Of a stretch of 64,000 bases of DNA, positions 38,767 through 48,791 are shown one piece after another. The notes below the pieces were generated by a model. It had not been told where the DNA came from. It made no database searches and saw only the letters and a list, made by a program, of their open reading frames with translations. Positions within the stretch are counted from its first letter, which is position 1. Each line of letters starts with the position of its first letter. This DNA comes from Candidatus Tokpelaia hoelldobleri. GTDB taxonomy: Bacteria > Pseudomonadota > Alphaproteobacteria > Rhizobiales > Rhizobiaceae. The translations under genes and the position numbers were made by a program. The DNA lies in NCBI GenBank assembly GCA_002005325.1, contig CP017315.1, positions 419,184 through 483,183 of the forward strand. Reading direction: 5' to 3'.

Positions 38767-39609
38767 ATGGCGTTGCTTGAAATTCGCAATCTGGATGTTT
38801 CCTTTGAAACGTCAGCCGGTGCTTTCCATGCGGTCAGGGGCATGGATCTGTCGGTTGACAAGGGGGAAGTGCTTGCTATTGTCGGGGAATCCGGCTCGGG
38901 CAAGTCCGTCAGTATGCTGGGGGTGATGGGGCTGTTGTCCAAAACCGCTACTGTCCGTGCTGATGTGATGGCCTTTGAGGGGCGTAATCTGTTGCATATG
39001 AGCAATCGGGAACGCCGCTCTGTCATCGGCAAGGATATTTCGATGATTTTTCAGGAGCCGATTGCGAGCCTCAATCCGTGCTTTACCGTTGAATTTCAGA
39101 TTGGCGAGGTTTTGCGCGCCCATCTGGGGTTGAAGGGGCGTGCGGCGCGCAACCGGACGATTGAGTTAATGGCCGCTGTCGGAATTCCTGAGCCGGAGAA
39201 GCGCTTGAAAAGCTTTCCACACCAGATGTCCGGCGGGCAGTGCCAGCGGGTGATGATTGCCATGGCGATTGCCTGCAATCCCAAATTGCTGATTGCTGAT
39301 GAGCCGACAACGGCGCTGGATGTGACAATTCAGAAACAGATTCTTGATTTGCTGATGGATCTGCAGCGGCGTCATGGCATGGGGCTGATTATGATTACCC
39401 ACGATATGGGGGTTGTTGCTGAAACGGCCGATCGTGTTGTGGTGCAGTATCAGGGGCAGAAGATGGAAGAGGCGGACGTGTTGTCGCTGTTTGAAAATCC
39501 GCAAAACCCTTACACAAAGGCATTGCTGGCGGCCTTGCCGGAAAATGCCACCGGGGACCGGCTGCCGACGGTTGCCGGGTTTATGGCCGGGCATGGAGAT
39601 GTGGCATGA
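38767..39609 (+). CDS. dppD: Dipeptide ABC transporter ATP-binding protein
   Basis: MALLEIRNLDVSF, GESGSGKSV Walker A and the MSGGQCQRV signature. Confidence 0.85.
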   Translation: MALLEIRNLDVSFETSAGAFHAVRGMDLSVDKGEVLAIVGESGSGKSVSMLGVMGLLSKTATVRADVMAFEGRNLLHMSNRERRSVIGKDISMIFQEPIASLNPCFTVEFQIGEVLRAHLGLKGRAARNRTIELMAAVGIPEPEKRLKSFPHQMSGGQCQRVMIAMAIACNPKLLIADEPTTALDVTIQKQILDLLMDLQRRHGMGLIMITHDMGVVAETADRVVVQYQGQKMEEADVLSLFENPQNPYTKALLAALPENATGDRLPTVAGFMAGHGDVA

Positions 39610-40445
39610 GTGGTTCTGTGATGATTGAAGCGCGCGATCTGGTGCGCGATTATGTCAGCTCCGGCGGGTTGTTCAAGCCGAAACGTGTTGTCCATGCTGT
39701 CAATGGTGTTTCCTTTGATGTTGAACGGGGCAGGACATTGGCAATTGTCGGCGAATCGGGCTGTGGAAAATCAACGCTGGCCCGTATTCTGACGCTGATT
39801 GACCCGCAGACCGCCGGCAGCCTGAAAATTGACGGCAAGGACATCAATATCGCCCGTGACGGTGTCACGCATGACATGCGGCAAATGGTGCAGATTGTGT
39901 TCCAGAATCCTTATGGTTCGTTGAACCCGCGCCAGAAAATCGGCGATGCCTTGACTGAACCCTTGCTGCTTAACACCGGTATGAGCGAAGAGGAACGGCG
40001 GCAGCGTGCCGGGGATATGCTGGAAAAGGTTGGCCTGGCACGTGAGCACTACCACCGTTATCCGCATATGTTTTCCGGCGGGCAGCGCCAGCGTATCGCT
40101 ATTGCCCGCGCCTTGATGTTGCGGCCGAAGATTCTTGTCCTTGATGAGCCGGTCTCGGCGCTTGATCTTTCAGTGCAGGCGCAGGTGCTGAACCTGCTGG
40201 CTGATTTGCAGGAAGAATTCGGCCTGACTTATGTTTTCATCAGCCATGATCTGTCTGTGGTGCGTTATATTGCCGATCAGGTGATGGTGATGTATTTCGG
40301 TGAAGTGGTGGAATATGGCAGCCGGGACGAGGTGTTCTCCAACCCGCAGCATGAATATACAAAGAAGCTTTTTGCCGCAACGCCGCAAACAGATATTGCA
40401 GCTATCCGCAAGCGGGTAGCGCGTAAGGCAGGAGCAGAAGCCTGA
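39606..40445 (+). CDS. dppF: Dipeptide ABC transporter ATP-binding protein
   Basis: GESGCGKST and FSGGQRQRIAIARAL, with an ATGA overlap with dppD. Confidence 0.85.
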   Translation: MSGSVMIEARDLVRDYVSSGGLFKPKRVVHAVNGVSFDVERGRTLAIVGESGCGKSTLARILTLIDPQTAGSLKIDGKDINIARDGVTHDMRQMVQIVFQNPYGSLNPRQKIGDALTEPLLLNTGMSEEERRQRAGDMLEKVGLAREHYHRYPHMFSGGQRQRIAIARALMLRPKILVLDEPVSALDLSVQAQVLNLLADLQEEFGLTYVFISHDLSVVRYIADQVMVMYFGEVVEYGSRDEVFSNPQHEYTKKLFAATPQTDIAAIRKRVARKAGAEA

Positions 40446-40468
40446 AAGCAAACCGCTCCGGGGCGAAG

Positions 40469-41698
40469 CTATACTTTTTCGGCGCGTTTGATAATTTCCA
40501 CAACCATGTCAGCAGCTTTCTTCAGCGAGTTGACCGGCAGGAATTCATGGATTGAATGGAAATTATGCGCGCCGCAGAAAAGGTTCGGGCAGGGCAGGCC
40601 CTTTTCGGTCAGAATTGTGCCATCATAACCACCGCGCATGGGCTTTGGGGTGATTGTCAGCCCCATATCGCGCATCACATCAAGCGCCAGCTGTACCGGG
40701 TAGGCCTTGCCGTTTTGCAGGGCCCCGGCGACATTGCGATAGACCGGCTTATAGCGTATTTCGGCGGTGCCGGCACCATAGAGCGCGTTAAAGGTATCAG
40801 CAAGCGTTTCGACAAAGCGGCGGCGCTTTTCATAGCCGTGCGTGCTGAAATCGCGGATATCCACGTGTATAACGGTTTGAGCGGCAGAACCCGTTATAGC
40901 CTTGACCCAGTAATAGCCTTCCCGCCCTTGTGTATATTCGGGGCGTTCACCGCCCGGCAGTTGATTGATAAATTGGTTGGCATAGAGAAGCGAATTGCGT
41001 AACTGCCCTTTGGCTGACATCGGATGGGCAGCCACGCCATGAAAGGTGATTTCAAATTCACCGGCATTCCAGTTTTCATAGACAATTTCGCCAATGGCGC
41101 AGCAGTCAAGCGTATAAGCAAAATCTGCCTCAAGGGATGCGGCATCAAGCGCTTTTGCACCCAGAAGGCCGATTTCTTCATCCGGCACGAACACAACCTT
41201 GACCGTGCCATGTTCGATTGCGGGATTATGGGCGAGAACCGCCAGAGCGTGCATGACTTCAGCAATGGCTGATTTGTTATCCGCGCCGAGCAGGCTTGTC
41301 CCGTCCGTGACAATAAGGCTGTCGCCAATATAAGCGGCGAGTTCGGGGAACTCCGCCGCCTTCATGATGATGTTCTTCTGGCTGTTGAGAGTAATATCGC
41401 CGCCCTGATAATCAACAATCTGCGCATAGGTGTCGGTGTTGTATTCTGAACTTGTATCCATATGGCAGACAAAGGCAATCACAGGCTTTGGTGTTGTGCT
41501 GTTGGCGGCAAGCGTGCCGATGACAATCGCATGGTCGCGCTCTTCCACATTCAGGCCAAGCCCGCGCATCTCTGTGGCAAGAAGCTGGGCCAGTTTCCAC
41601 TGGTTTTCGCTGGAAGGCAGCGTTGTTGCCCCTGGTTTTGCTGTGGTGTTGATCCGTGTGTAACGCAGAAAGCGTTCGACAATATCCATATCTGTCAT
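40469..41698 (-). CDS. pepT: Peptidase T (tripeptide aminopeptidase, M20B)
   Basis: 409 aa with the typical PepT N-terminus (VERFLRYTRINT), the CHMDT metal site and the DEEIGLLGA motif. Confidence 0.85.
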   Translation of the reverse strand: MTDMDIVERFLRYTRINTTAKPGATTLPSSENQWKLAQLLATEMRGLGLNVEERDHAIVIGTLAANSTTPKPVIAFVCHMDTSSEYNTDTYAQIVDYQGGDITLNSQKNIIMKAAEFPELAAYIGDSLIVTDGTSLLGADNKSAIAEVMHALAVLAHNPAIEHGTVKVVFVPDEEIGLLGAKALDAASLEADFAYTLDCCAIGEIVYENWNAGEFEITFHGVAAHPMSAKGQLRNSLLYANQFINQLPGGERPEYTQGREGYYWVKAITGSAAQTVIHVDIRDFSTHGYEKRRRFVETLADTFNALYGAGTAEIRYKPVYRNVAGALQNGKAYPVQLALDVMRDMGLTITPKPMRGGYDGTILTEKGLPCPNLFCGAHNFHSIHEFLPVNSLKKAADMVVEIIKRAEKV

Positions 41699-41715
41699 AT
41701 TCTGTAGCCTGTGTA

Positions 41716-43308
41716 TCAGTCCTCAACATCCACATCCAGAAATGAATGCGAGCCGAAAGGGTCAATCCGGTAATTTTTAACCCGTTTGCGCACTGGCTGG
41801 TCAATGATCTGGTGAGAGATGGGCAGCCATGGCGCTTCTCTGGTGAAGATTTCCTGCGCTTTGTTGTAAAGCGCCTTGCGGGCCTCAGGGTTCTGGCTGG
41901 GGCGTGCCTGTGTGATCAGCTGGTCAAACGCGCTGTCGCACCAGTGTGCATGATTGGCCGCGCCGACCGCATCGCAGCCAAGCAATGTGCCCAGATAGCT
42001 GTCAGGATCGGCAATGCTTGGCGTCCAGCCAAGCAGAACAAAGCCGTCACGGTCTTTTTCAAGGGAACGCTGGACATAAGTGCCCCATTCATAGCTGATG
42101 ATTTCCGCATGAACGCCGATGGCTGCCAGATCCGCCTGCATCAGTTCTGCCGTGCGCCGTGCATTTGGCATGTAGGGGCGCGAAACCGGCATGGCCCAGA
42201 TTTTCATTGCCAGATTTGTAACCCCCGCTTCAGCCAGCAGCTTTTTGGCTTTTTCAGGATTATAGTCATCATAGGCAAGGTCTGTGCGATAACCGGGAAC
42301 AGACGGTGGCATAGCACTGCGGGCAGGAATGGCAGCCCCCAGAAAAACCGCATCAATAATGGCGCGTTTGTTGATGGCCATATTGATGGCGTGCCTGACA
42401 CGCGGGTCATCAAAAGGCGGACGGGTTGTGTTATAGGCGGCATAGGCGATATTGAGGCTGTCCTTTTGCAAAAGGGTGACAGACGGATTGCTGCGCATCC
42501 TTTCAACGTCGGCCGGGTTTGGGTAAGCGATAACATCACACTCGCCGCGCAGCAGCTTCTGATAGCGTACCGAAGGATCGGGTGTTATTGAAAAAACCAG
42601 ATTATCGATTTTCTGCTTGCCGCCCCAGTAATCGGGATTGGCGCGATAGCGAATGGCCATATCACGCTGATAGCCGACAAACTGGAAAGCCCCGGTGCCG
42701 ATTGGCTTTTGCATAAGGCCGTCAGGATTGTTCTGTGCGGCAAGCTGATCGGCGTATTCTTTCGACTGAATGGCCGTGAAGGTGAGAGACAGTGAGGGAA
42801 TAAAAACGGCATTGGGTTCGCTCAGTACAAAGCGCACGGTATAGTCATCAAGCTTTTCAAGCCTTTGCAGCAGCTTGTCAAAACCGTAGGCGCTGTATTG
42901 CGGCCACATGCCATCGCCATAAAGCGGATGATCCTTGTTGCTTTGCCGTTCAAAGGTGAACAGCACATCATCGGCATTGAAATCGCGGCTTGGCTTGAAA
43001 TAAGCGGTGGTGTGGAATTTAACGCCACGGCGCAGATGGAATGTGTATTCCTTGCCGTCTTTTGATATGTCCCAGCCTGTTGCCAGCCCGGGAATGGTAT
43101 TGGTTGTGCCGATATCCACATTGACAAGCTTGTCGGAAATGTTCCAGGCAGAGGCATCAAAGGTCGGGCCTGAAAAATTGCGCGCAGCATCAAACCCGTC
43201 CGGTGACGCCTCGGAGCAATAAACAAGTGTCTTGGCCGCCATGGCGGCTGTACTGATAAGGGGAATACACAAACAGGCCAGGCCCAGGGATCTCACTTTT
43301 TTAAGCAT
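41716..43308 (-). CDS. dppA: Dipeptide-binding periplasmic protein (SBP family 5)
   Basis: Collinear with E. coli DppA (AKTLVYCSE.SP.GF, YTFHLR.GVKFH, YEWG.Y). The ATG at 43308 gives the signal peptide MLKKVRSLGLACLCIPLISTAAMA. Confidence 0.85.
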   Translation of the reverse strand: MLKKVRSLGLACLCIPLISTAAMAAKTLVYCSEASPDGFDAARNFSGPTFDASAWNISDKLVNVDIGTTNTIPGLATGWDISKDGKEYTFHLRRGVKFHTTAYFKPSRDFNADDVLFTFERQSNKDHPLYGDGMWPQYSAYGFDKLLQRLEKLDDYTVRFVLSEPNAVFIPSLSLTFTAIQSKEYADQLAAQNNPDGLMQKPIGTGAFQFVGYQRDMAIRYRANPDYWGGKQKIDNLVFSITPDPSVRYQKLLRGECDVIAYPNPADVERMRSNPSVTLLQKDSLNIAYAAYNTTRPPFDDPRVRHAINMAINKRAIIDAVFLGAAIPARSAMPPSVPGYRTDLAYDDYNPEKAKKLLAEAGVTNLAMKIWAMPVSRPYMPNARRTAELMQADLAAIGVHAEIISYEWGTYVQRSLEKDRDGFVLLGWTPSIADPDSYLGTLLGCDAVGAANHAHWCDSAFDQLITQARPSQNPEARKALYNKAQEIFTREAPWLPISHQIIDQPVRKRVKNYRIDPFGSHSFLDVDVED

Positions 43309-43358
43309 GGTCTCAACGCCGCCAAGCGCCCTCCTCACCAGACTTGATCGTATTTTGA

Positions 43359-43408
43359 TACTGTATATATCATTATTCCTGTACTGTATATATTTGTGCT
43401 GTATATAT
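43359..43408. repeat. Three direct T(A/G)CTGTATATAT repeats in the dppA upstream region
   Basis: CTGTATATAT occurs at 43361-43370, 43384-43393 and 43399-43408. The 12-mers are TACTGTATATAT twice and TGCTGTATATAT once. Confidence 0.7.
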
Positions 43409-43417
43409 TAAAGAATC

Positions 43418-44146
43418 CTAATGGTGTATTCTGGCAAGGAAATCCCGGGCGCGTGATGTTTGCGGATGCGTGAAAAAGGGTTCGGGTGCAGCTTCTTCCA
43501 AAATCCGGCCCTGATCCATAAAGATAATCCGGTCGGCTATTTTGCGGGCGAAGGCCATTTCATGGGTGACAATCACCATGGTGAGTCCCTGTTGCGAAAG
43601 TTCACTCATCACTTCAAGCACTTCCCCCACCATTTCAGGATCAAGCGCTGAAGTGGGTTCATCAAACAGCATCACTTCAGGTTTCATACACAAAGCGCGG
43701 GCAATAGCGACACGCTGTTGCTGCCCGCCCGAAAGCTGGCGCGGATAGTGGTGCGCCTTGTCGGCAAGGTGCATGCGCCCGAGCATGGCAATGGCCTGCT
43801 CTTCTGCCTGTTGTTGCGGGATTTTGCGCACCCTGCGCATGGCAAGGGTCAGATTATGCAGAACCGTCATATGCGGGAACAGGTTGAAATGCTGAAACAC
43901 CATGCCGATCTTGCCGCCAAGGGCTAAAATATTGGAACTGTCAGCGGCAAGATGACAGCCGGCGATTTCCACCGCGCCGCCCTGGCGCTGTTCAAGGCCA
44001 TTAAGACAGCGCAGCAGGGTTGATTTGCCTGAACCGGAAGGCCCGCAGATGACAATGCGCTCGCCCGGGCGCACATGGAGATCAATGCCATGGAGAATCT
44101 GCATGGAACCGTAAAATTTAACCAGATTGTTCACTGTAATCATCAT
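43418..44146 (-). CDS. Polar amino-acid ABC transporter ATP-binding protein (HisP/OccP-like)
   Basis: [28 protein letters not shown] and [11 protein letters not shown]. Confidence 0.9.
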   Translation of the reverse strand: MMITVNNLVKFYGSMQILHGIDLHVRPGERIVICGPSGSGKSTLLRCLNGLEQRQGGAVEIAGCHLAADSSNILALGGKIGMVFQHFNLFPHMTVLHNLTLAMRRVRKIPQQQAEEQAIAMLGRMHLADKAHHYPRQLSGGQQQRVAIARALCMKPEVMLFDEPTSALDPEMVGEVLEVMSELSQQGLTMVIVTHEMAFARKIADRIIFMDQGRILEEAAPEPFFTHPQTSRARDFLARIHH

Positions 44147-44156
44147 TGCTGCATTC

Positions 44157-44867
44157 CTACCGTTTTAAAGGATTCCATGAGCCTGCACTGGCCGGAATAA
44201 ACAGCCGCTTTTCCAGAACCCGAAACGCAATGCTGATAACCAGCCCGATAAGCAAATAAAGGATGCCGGCTGCGATAAACGGTTCAAACGGTGTATAGGC
44301 GCGGGAGAAAAAGAGCTTCGCCATGCCGATCATTTCCATCAGGGTGATGGCGCTTGCCAGGGCGCTGGCCTTTAAAACCAGAATCATTTCACTGCCGATC
44401 ATCGGAAAAATGGCCCTGTACATTTGCGGCAACAGAACATCGCGGAATTTATAACGGTTTGGCAGGCCGAGCGAGAGACAGGCTTCCTGCTGCCCCGGTG
44501 GAATTTTACGCAGGGCACCGGCGATGATTTCTGCCATATAAGCGGCGGAATTCAAACCGATGGCAAGCAGCGCGCAATAGAACGGCTCTTTCAGAACCGG
44601 CCAGAATATACTGTCGCGGACGGCCGGAAACTGTGAAAAGCCATAATAAATGATATAGATCTGCACCAGCAGCGGGCTGCCGCGGATAATAAAGGTGTAA
44701 AATGCCGCCGGAACCCGCAGCCACCAGCGGCGTGAATAAAGCGCAAGCCCCAGCGGCAAGGCCAGGACCTGCCCGATAACAAAACTGCATACGGTGAGAA
44801 TAACCGTCAGTTTCAGGCCTGAAAGCACAAAGGGGAAAGATTTTAACAGGACTTCATAAGACAACAT
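44157..44867 (-). CDS. Polar amino-acid ABC transporter permease (HisM-like)
   Basis: 236 aa, 5 TM, with a His/Glu/Gln/Arg/opine family permease signature. Confidence 0.85.
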   Translation of the reverse strand: MLSYEVLLKSFPFVLSGLKLTVILTVCSFVIGQVLALPLGLALYSRRWWLRVPAAFYTFIIRGSPLLVQIYIIYYGFSQFPAVRDSIFWPVLKEPFYCALLAIGLNSAAYMAEIIAGALRKIPPGQQEACLSLGLPNRYKFRDVLLPQMYRAIFPMIGSEMILVLKASALASAITLMEMIGMAKLFFSRAYTPFEPFIAAGILYLLIGLVISIAFRVLEKRLFIPASAGSWNPLKR

Positions 44868-44876
44868 CCGCCACCT

Positions 44877-45548
44877 TCACTTTCTGCGCTCGAGGTGGAT
44901 GCTGGCAGCTTTCAACAGCAGCATGGAAAGACCGGTAACGGCGATGTAAAGCGCAGCAGCTATAAGGTAAAATGTCATGGGCTTGTCCCGTGGCGGGATG
45001 CTGGTGACAATAACGGTTTTGCGCATTAATTCTTCCGTGCCGACAAGAGAAACAAGGGCGCTGTCTTTCAGCGTAATCAGCCATTGGTTGCCAAGGCCGG
45101 GCAGGGCATGAGAAAACATTTGCGGCATAAGAATGCGGAAAAAGGTTGTGCCTTTACCCAGGCCAAGGCTTTTTGCCGCCTCGTTCTGGCCGGCAGGGAT
45201 ATTTTGCAGGGCACTGCGCAGGATTTCAATACAATAGGCGCCGGAAACCACTGCCAGGGCAAAAATACCGGCGGCAAGGGCGTTGACTTCAACATAAGTG
45301 GCGAAAATATTGGTTAATATGACTGTGCCGCCATAATAGACCAGAAAAATAATCAGAAGTTCCGGCAGGCCGCGGATGACAGAAACATAAGCCGTAAGAA
45401 AGAAGCGGATAAAACGCGGGGCAAACTCCCATAGATAGATCGCCAGCAGGGCCATGGCGATACCACACAGAAAGCCGCCGACAGCAACTTTCAGGGTCAG
45501 AACAAGGCCGCTCAGTAAAAACGGTATATAAGGCCAGATAGCAGACAT
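44877..45548 (-). CDS. Polar amino-acid ABC transporter permease (HisQ-like)
   Basis: 223 aa with an EAA-type loop (EAAKSLGLGKGTTFFRILMPQ). Confidence 0.85.
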   Translation of the reverse strand: MSAIWPYIPFLLSGLVLTLKVAVGGFLCGIAMALLAIYLWEFAPRFIRFFLTAYVSVIRGLPELLIIFLVYYGGTVILTNIFATYVEVNALAAGIFALAVVSGAYCIEILRSALQNIPAGQNEAAKSLGLGKGTTFFRILMPQMFSHALPGLGNQWLITLKDSALVSLVGTEELMRKTVIVTSIPPRDKPMTFYLIAAALYIAVTGLSMLLLKAASIHLERRK

Positions 45549-45626
45549 GAACGTTTGATGTAACAGGTTGGACGAAAAGCCGCAGTTTGTATTTATGAGG
45601 AGGCTTTCAGGTTACAGAGCCATATT

Positions 45627-46415
45627 TTAATGCTTCCTGTAGGAAACATCATAGCCGAAATACTTGTTTGACAGATTGGTGATCGTGTTGTCATCCAGCA
45701 TTTCCGTAATGGCGGCATCAACCCGCCGGCGCAGCGCATCACGGCCTTTTTTCATGGCGATACCGGCTCCCTGCCCGAATTCGGCATAATCGGCACTGCT
45801 CAGCATCGGGCCGAATGTGGCAATCACCTTGTCATTGCGGGCATCAAGCAGGCCTTTCCAGACTGACACTTCCATCAGGCCCGCATCAAGACGGCCAGCG
45901 GCAATATCATCGGCAATGTGTTCGTTACGCTCATAAATGCGGATGTCGGCATTTTTAAAATGCTTTTCAGCAACGGCTGCGTGGGTTGTGCCCGACTGTA
46001 CGCCGATTGTTTTACCTTCCAGCGCTTTTTCCAGCTCTTCCCGCGTGGTGACCTTGGCAAGCGGGCTGCCGGCCGCCGCGGCCATACTCATCGGCGGGTC
46101 GGCGTAAGGGGTGGAAAAGTCAACCTGCAGCTTCCGCTCATCCGTGATGGATATGCCGGAAATGATCAGGTCGAATTTACCAATCTGCAAACTGGGCAGC
46201 AGGCTGTCAAAAGACTGGTTGCTCCATGTGCATTCCGCTTCTATCTTTTTGCAGATTGTATCAACAATATCGCGTTCAAAACCGACGATATCGCCGTTGG
46301 CGCCAATATAAGTCCATGGCGGGAAATCACCGCTTGTCGCAACACGCAAAGTCTCGGCCTGTGCGGTGGCACTCATCAAAAAAGCTGCGGCGGCAGCCAA
46401 AACAAGTTTTTTCAT
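45627..46415 (-). CDS. Periplasmic polar amino-acid/opine-binding protein (SBP family 3)
   Basis: 262 aa with a signal peptide ending ATAQAET and family-3 motifs (GFERDI, FDLIISGISIT.ER). Confidence 0.85.
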   Translation of the reverse strand: MKKLVLAAAAAFLMSATAQAETLRVATSGDFPPWTYIGANGDIVGFERDIVDTICKKIEAECTWSNQSFDSLLPSLQIGKFDLIISGISITDERKLQVDFSTPYADPPMSMAAAAGSPLAKVTTREELEKALEGKTIGVQSGTTHAAVAEKHFKNADIRIYERNEHIADDIAAGRLDAGLMEVSVWKGLLDARNDKVIATFGPMLSSADYAEFGQGAGIAMKKGRDALRRRVDAAITEMLDDNTITNLSNKYFGYDVSYRKH

Positions 46416-46648
46416 TATGTTTCCTCCTCATCCTCATGGATGAGCTTAGTCTATCTCCAACGGCAATGGAAAGTACAAGAATTGGCACAAAAGTAAAGAA
46501 AATTTATCATTATGGCAATATCTGGCAGCCAGAATGGTGAATTTTTTATGATTATCCTTCAATTTAATGTGTATGGCGGCGGGGTGTAAAGGGCTGATGC
46601 CCTTCCTATCTGTGGAGAGGAAGATTTTATGAGATAAAAAGGCAGACT

Positions 46649-47767
46649 ATGACGAGCAAACTTTTTGAACCGGCCAGGGCAGGCGCCCTCGCCCTGCATA
46701 ACAGGGTTGTTATGGCACCGCTGACGCGCAACCGTTCGCCGCGCAATATTCCCAATGATATGAACCGTACCTATTATGCCGAGCGGGCAACTGCGGGGTT
46801 GATTATCTCGGAAGGGACCGGCATTACCGCCACGGCGCAGGGTTATATTGATGTACCCGGGCTTTATTCGGCCGGGCAGCTTGACGGCTGGCGCCAGGTA
46901 ACAGATGCCGTGCACAGCAAGGGTGGCAAAATCGTTGTGCAATTGTGGCATACGGGGCGTATTTCCCATACCTCTTTGCAGCCGGATGGCATGGCGCCGG
47001 TTTCCGTTTCGGGTATCCGCGCCAATGCCCGCACTTTCGTCCGTGATGAAACGGGTGAGGGAGCGTTTGCCGAAGTGTCACAGCCGCGTGCGTTGAAGGT
47101 TGAGGAATTTCCCGGTATTATCGCCGATTACTGCAAGGCCGCCCGTGCTGCGGTTGACAGTGCCGGATTTGACGGGGTGGAGGTGCATGTCGCCAACGGC
47201 TATCTGCTCGATTCCTTCCTGCGTGAAGGCATTAATGACCGCACTGATGAATATGGCGGCTCCATTGAAAACCGTATTCGTTTTCCCCTGGAAGTGGTGA
47301 AAGCTGTGGCTGAAGCGATTGGCAGTGACCGGGTCGGGGTGCGTATTTCGCCGGTGACACCGGCCAATGATGCCCATGATAAAGATCCCCAGCCGGTGTT
47401 TGACGCTTTTGTGCGCTCCCTTGCCGCGCTTGATCTTGCTTATATCCATATCATTGAAGGTTCAACCGGTGGTGATCGCAATTATAGTGAAGCAGATTAT
47501 CCGTTTGACTATAAGCGCCTGAAACAGAACTACCGGGATGCAGGCGGTAAAGGCGCGTGGATGGTGAATAACGGCTATACCGGCGCGATGGCACAGGAGG
47601 CGGTTGACAGCGGCTATGCTGATCTGGTGGCCTTCGGGCGTCCTTTTGTCAGCAATCCTGACCTTGTCCGCCGCCTGAAGGAAAATGCCCCGCTTGCTCT
47701 CTGGCGGGATGACAAGCTTTATGGCGGCGGCGCGGAAGGGTATCTTGATTATCCGGCGCTTGACTGA
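46649..47767 (+). CDS. Old Yellow Enzyme family NADH:flavin oxidoreductase / alkene reductase (NemA-like)
   Basis: 372 aa with HNRVVMAPLTR, QLWHTGR and the GFDGVEVHVANGYLLDSFL motif. Confidence 0.9.
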   Translation: MTSKLFEPARAGALALHNRVVMAPLTRNRSPRNIPNDMNRTYYAERATAGLIISEGTGITATAQGYIDVPGLYSAGQLDGWRQVTDAVHSKGGKIVVQLWHTGRISHTSLQPDGMAPVSVSGIRANARTFVRDETGEGAFAEVSQPRALKVEEFPGIIADYCKAARAAVDSAGFDGVEVHVANGYLLDSFLREGINDRTDEYGGSIENRIRFPLEVVKAVAEAIGSDRVGVRISPVTPANDAHDKDPQPVFDAFVRSLAALDLAYIHIIEGSTGGDRNYSEADYPFDYKRLKQNYRDAGGKGAWMVNNGYTGAMAQEAVDSGYADLVAFGRPFVSNPDLVRRLKENAPLALWRDDKLYGGGAEGYLDYPALD

Positions 47768-47774
47768 ATAAGAT

Positions 47775-47808
47775 AAAAGCCTGCATTTTAAAAATGCAGG
47801 CTTTTGTT
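47775..47808. terminator. Bidirectional terminator
   Basis: AAAAGCCTGCAT-tttaaaa-ATGCAGGCTTTTGTTT. Confidence 0.85.
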
Positions 47809-48780
47809 TCAGGCGGCAATGTCAATCAGGCCGCATTCGCCGCCCTCGGTGCCAAAGGCAAGGCGATAGCCCTGTGTGTCCCAGTTGAGCGAGGAAACAG
47901 CGCTTTTCCCCGGACGGCGCAGCAGCACTTCCTTCTGGTCGGCAAAGCGCACAAACAAAATCATGCCGTCATTGAAACCGATCGCCACCATATCCTCTTC
48001 CGGATGGCAGGAAACAGCGGTGACCAGCGCGTCCGCCCGCGTTCCAAGCTCAAGCGGCGCTTTGCCCATCGGGCCGTCCTTGCCGGTGAATGGCCAGACA
48101 ATCGCCGCTGCCGCGCCGGATGTCGCCAGCCAGCGCCCCTTTGCCGCCCATGACCAGCTTCTGGCCTTGGCCGGATAGCCCGACATGCGCAGGTGCTGCC
48201 CGTCAGCCAGCCGCCAGCCATGCAGGGCGTTTTCCTGCATGGCGGTGATGACATAGCGGCCATCGGGCGAAAACGTCACGGCGTTATGCGCGCCTTTCCA
48301 TTCCAGTTCCGCCGGGGCGGATTGTGTTTCCGGCCAGTGCAGCGTCACGCCGTGATAGCGGGCAACGGCAATGCGCAGGCCTTTCGGGGCAAAGGCCACC
48401 CCCTCGACACTGCGCTGATGTTCAAACTGCCGCAAGTCTTTACCGCTTTTGGCAAACATCGTCCGCCCGCTGGCAAAAGCTATCGCCTTTTGCGGCCCGC
48501 AGGCCAGAGCGGTGATCCATTTTCTGCCGATTGCGGCGATTTCTTCAACCCCGCCTTGCGCGTCAACACGGCAGACACGGCCATCTTCACCGCCGGTAAC
48601 AAGCGAATAGCCGTCAAGAGCAATCGCCGCACTGGCCAGGCCATCATGGGCGCTGACAGCTTTCCGGCCATCACCGGACCAGTGAATGCTGCCATCAGCA
48701 AGAGCGAAAAACGGGTTGTCATCAACAAAACCAGCCAGCAGGCAGTGCGTGTCAAGGTCAAGAGGGGCAAGTGTCGGCAT
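47809..48780 (-). CDS. WD40/beta-propeller repeat protein
   Basis: 323 aa with repeated about 40-aa units bearing GxDG / W motifs (TGGEDGRV, FSPDGRYVITA, LHGW, IVWP). Its GGGGGA SD lies 11 nt after the cobW stop, so it looks co-transcribed. Confidence 0.7.
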   Translation of the reverse strand: MPTLAPLDLDTHCLLAGFVDDNPFFALADGSIHWSGDGRKAVSAHDGLASAAIALDGYSLVTGGEDGRVCRVDAQGGVEEIAAIGRKWITALACGPQKAIAFASGRTMFAKSGKDLRQFEHQRSVEGVAFAPKGLRIAVARYHGVTLHWPETQSAPAELEWKGAHNAVTFSPDGRYVITAMQENALHGWRLADGQHLRMSGYPAKARSWSWAAKGRWLATSGAAAAIVWPFTGKDGPMGKAPLELGTRADALVTAVSCHPEEDMVAIGFNDGMILFVRFADQKEVLLRRPGKSAVSSLNWDTQGYRLAFGTEGGECGLIDIAA

Positions 48781-48791
48781 GATATATCCCC

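Noticed and set aside
43359-43408. Possible LexA/SOS boxes, because CTGTATATAT equals the left half of the E. coli SOS box
   Set aside because: No inverted ACAG half-site follows at the correct spacing. Alphaproteobacterial LexA recognises a GTTC/GAAC-N7 direct repeat, and dppA is not an SOS gene. The element is kept only as an unexplained direct repeat.
46477-46530. TGGCAC and TGGCA motifs in the SBP/OYE divergent region as a sigma54 promoter
   Set aside because: No GC dinucleotide lies at the required -12 position after either GG element.
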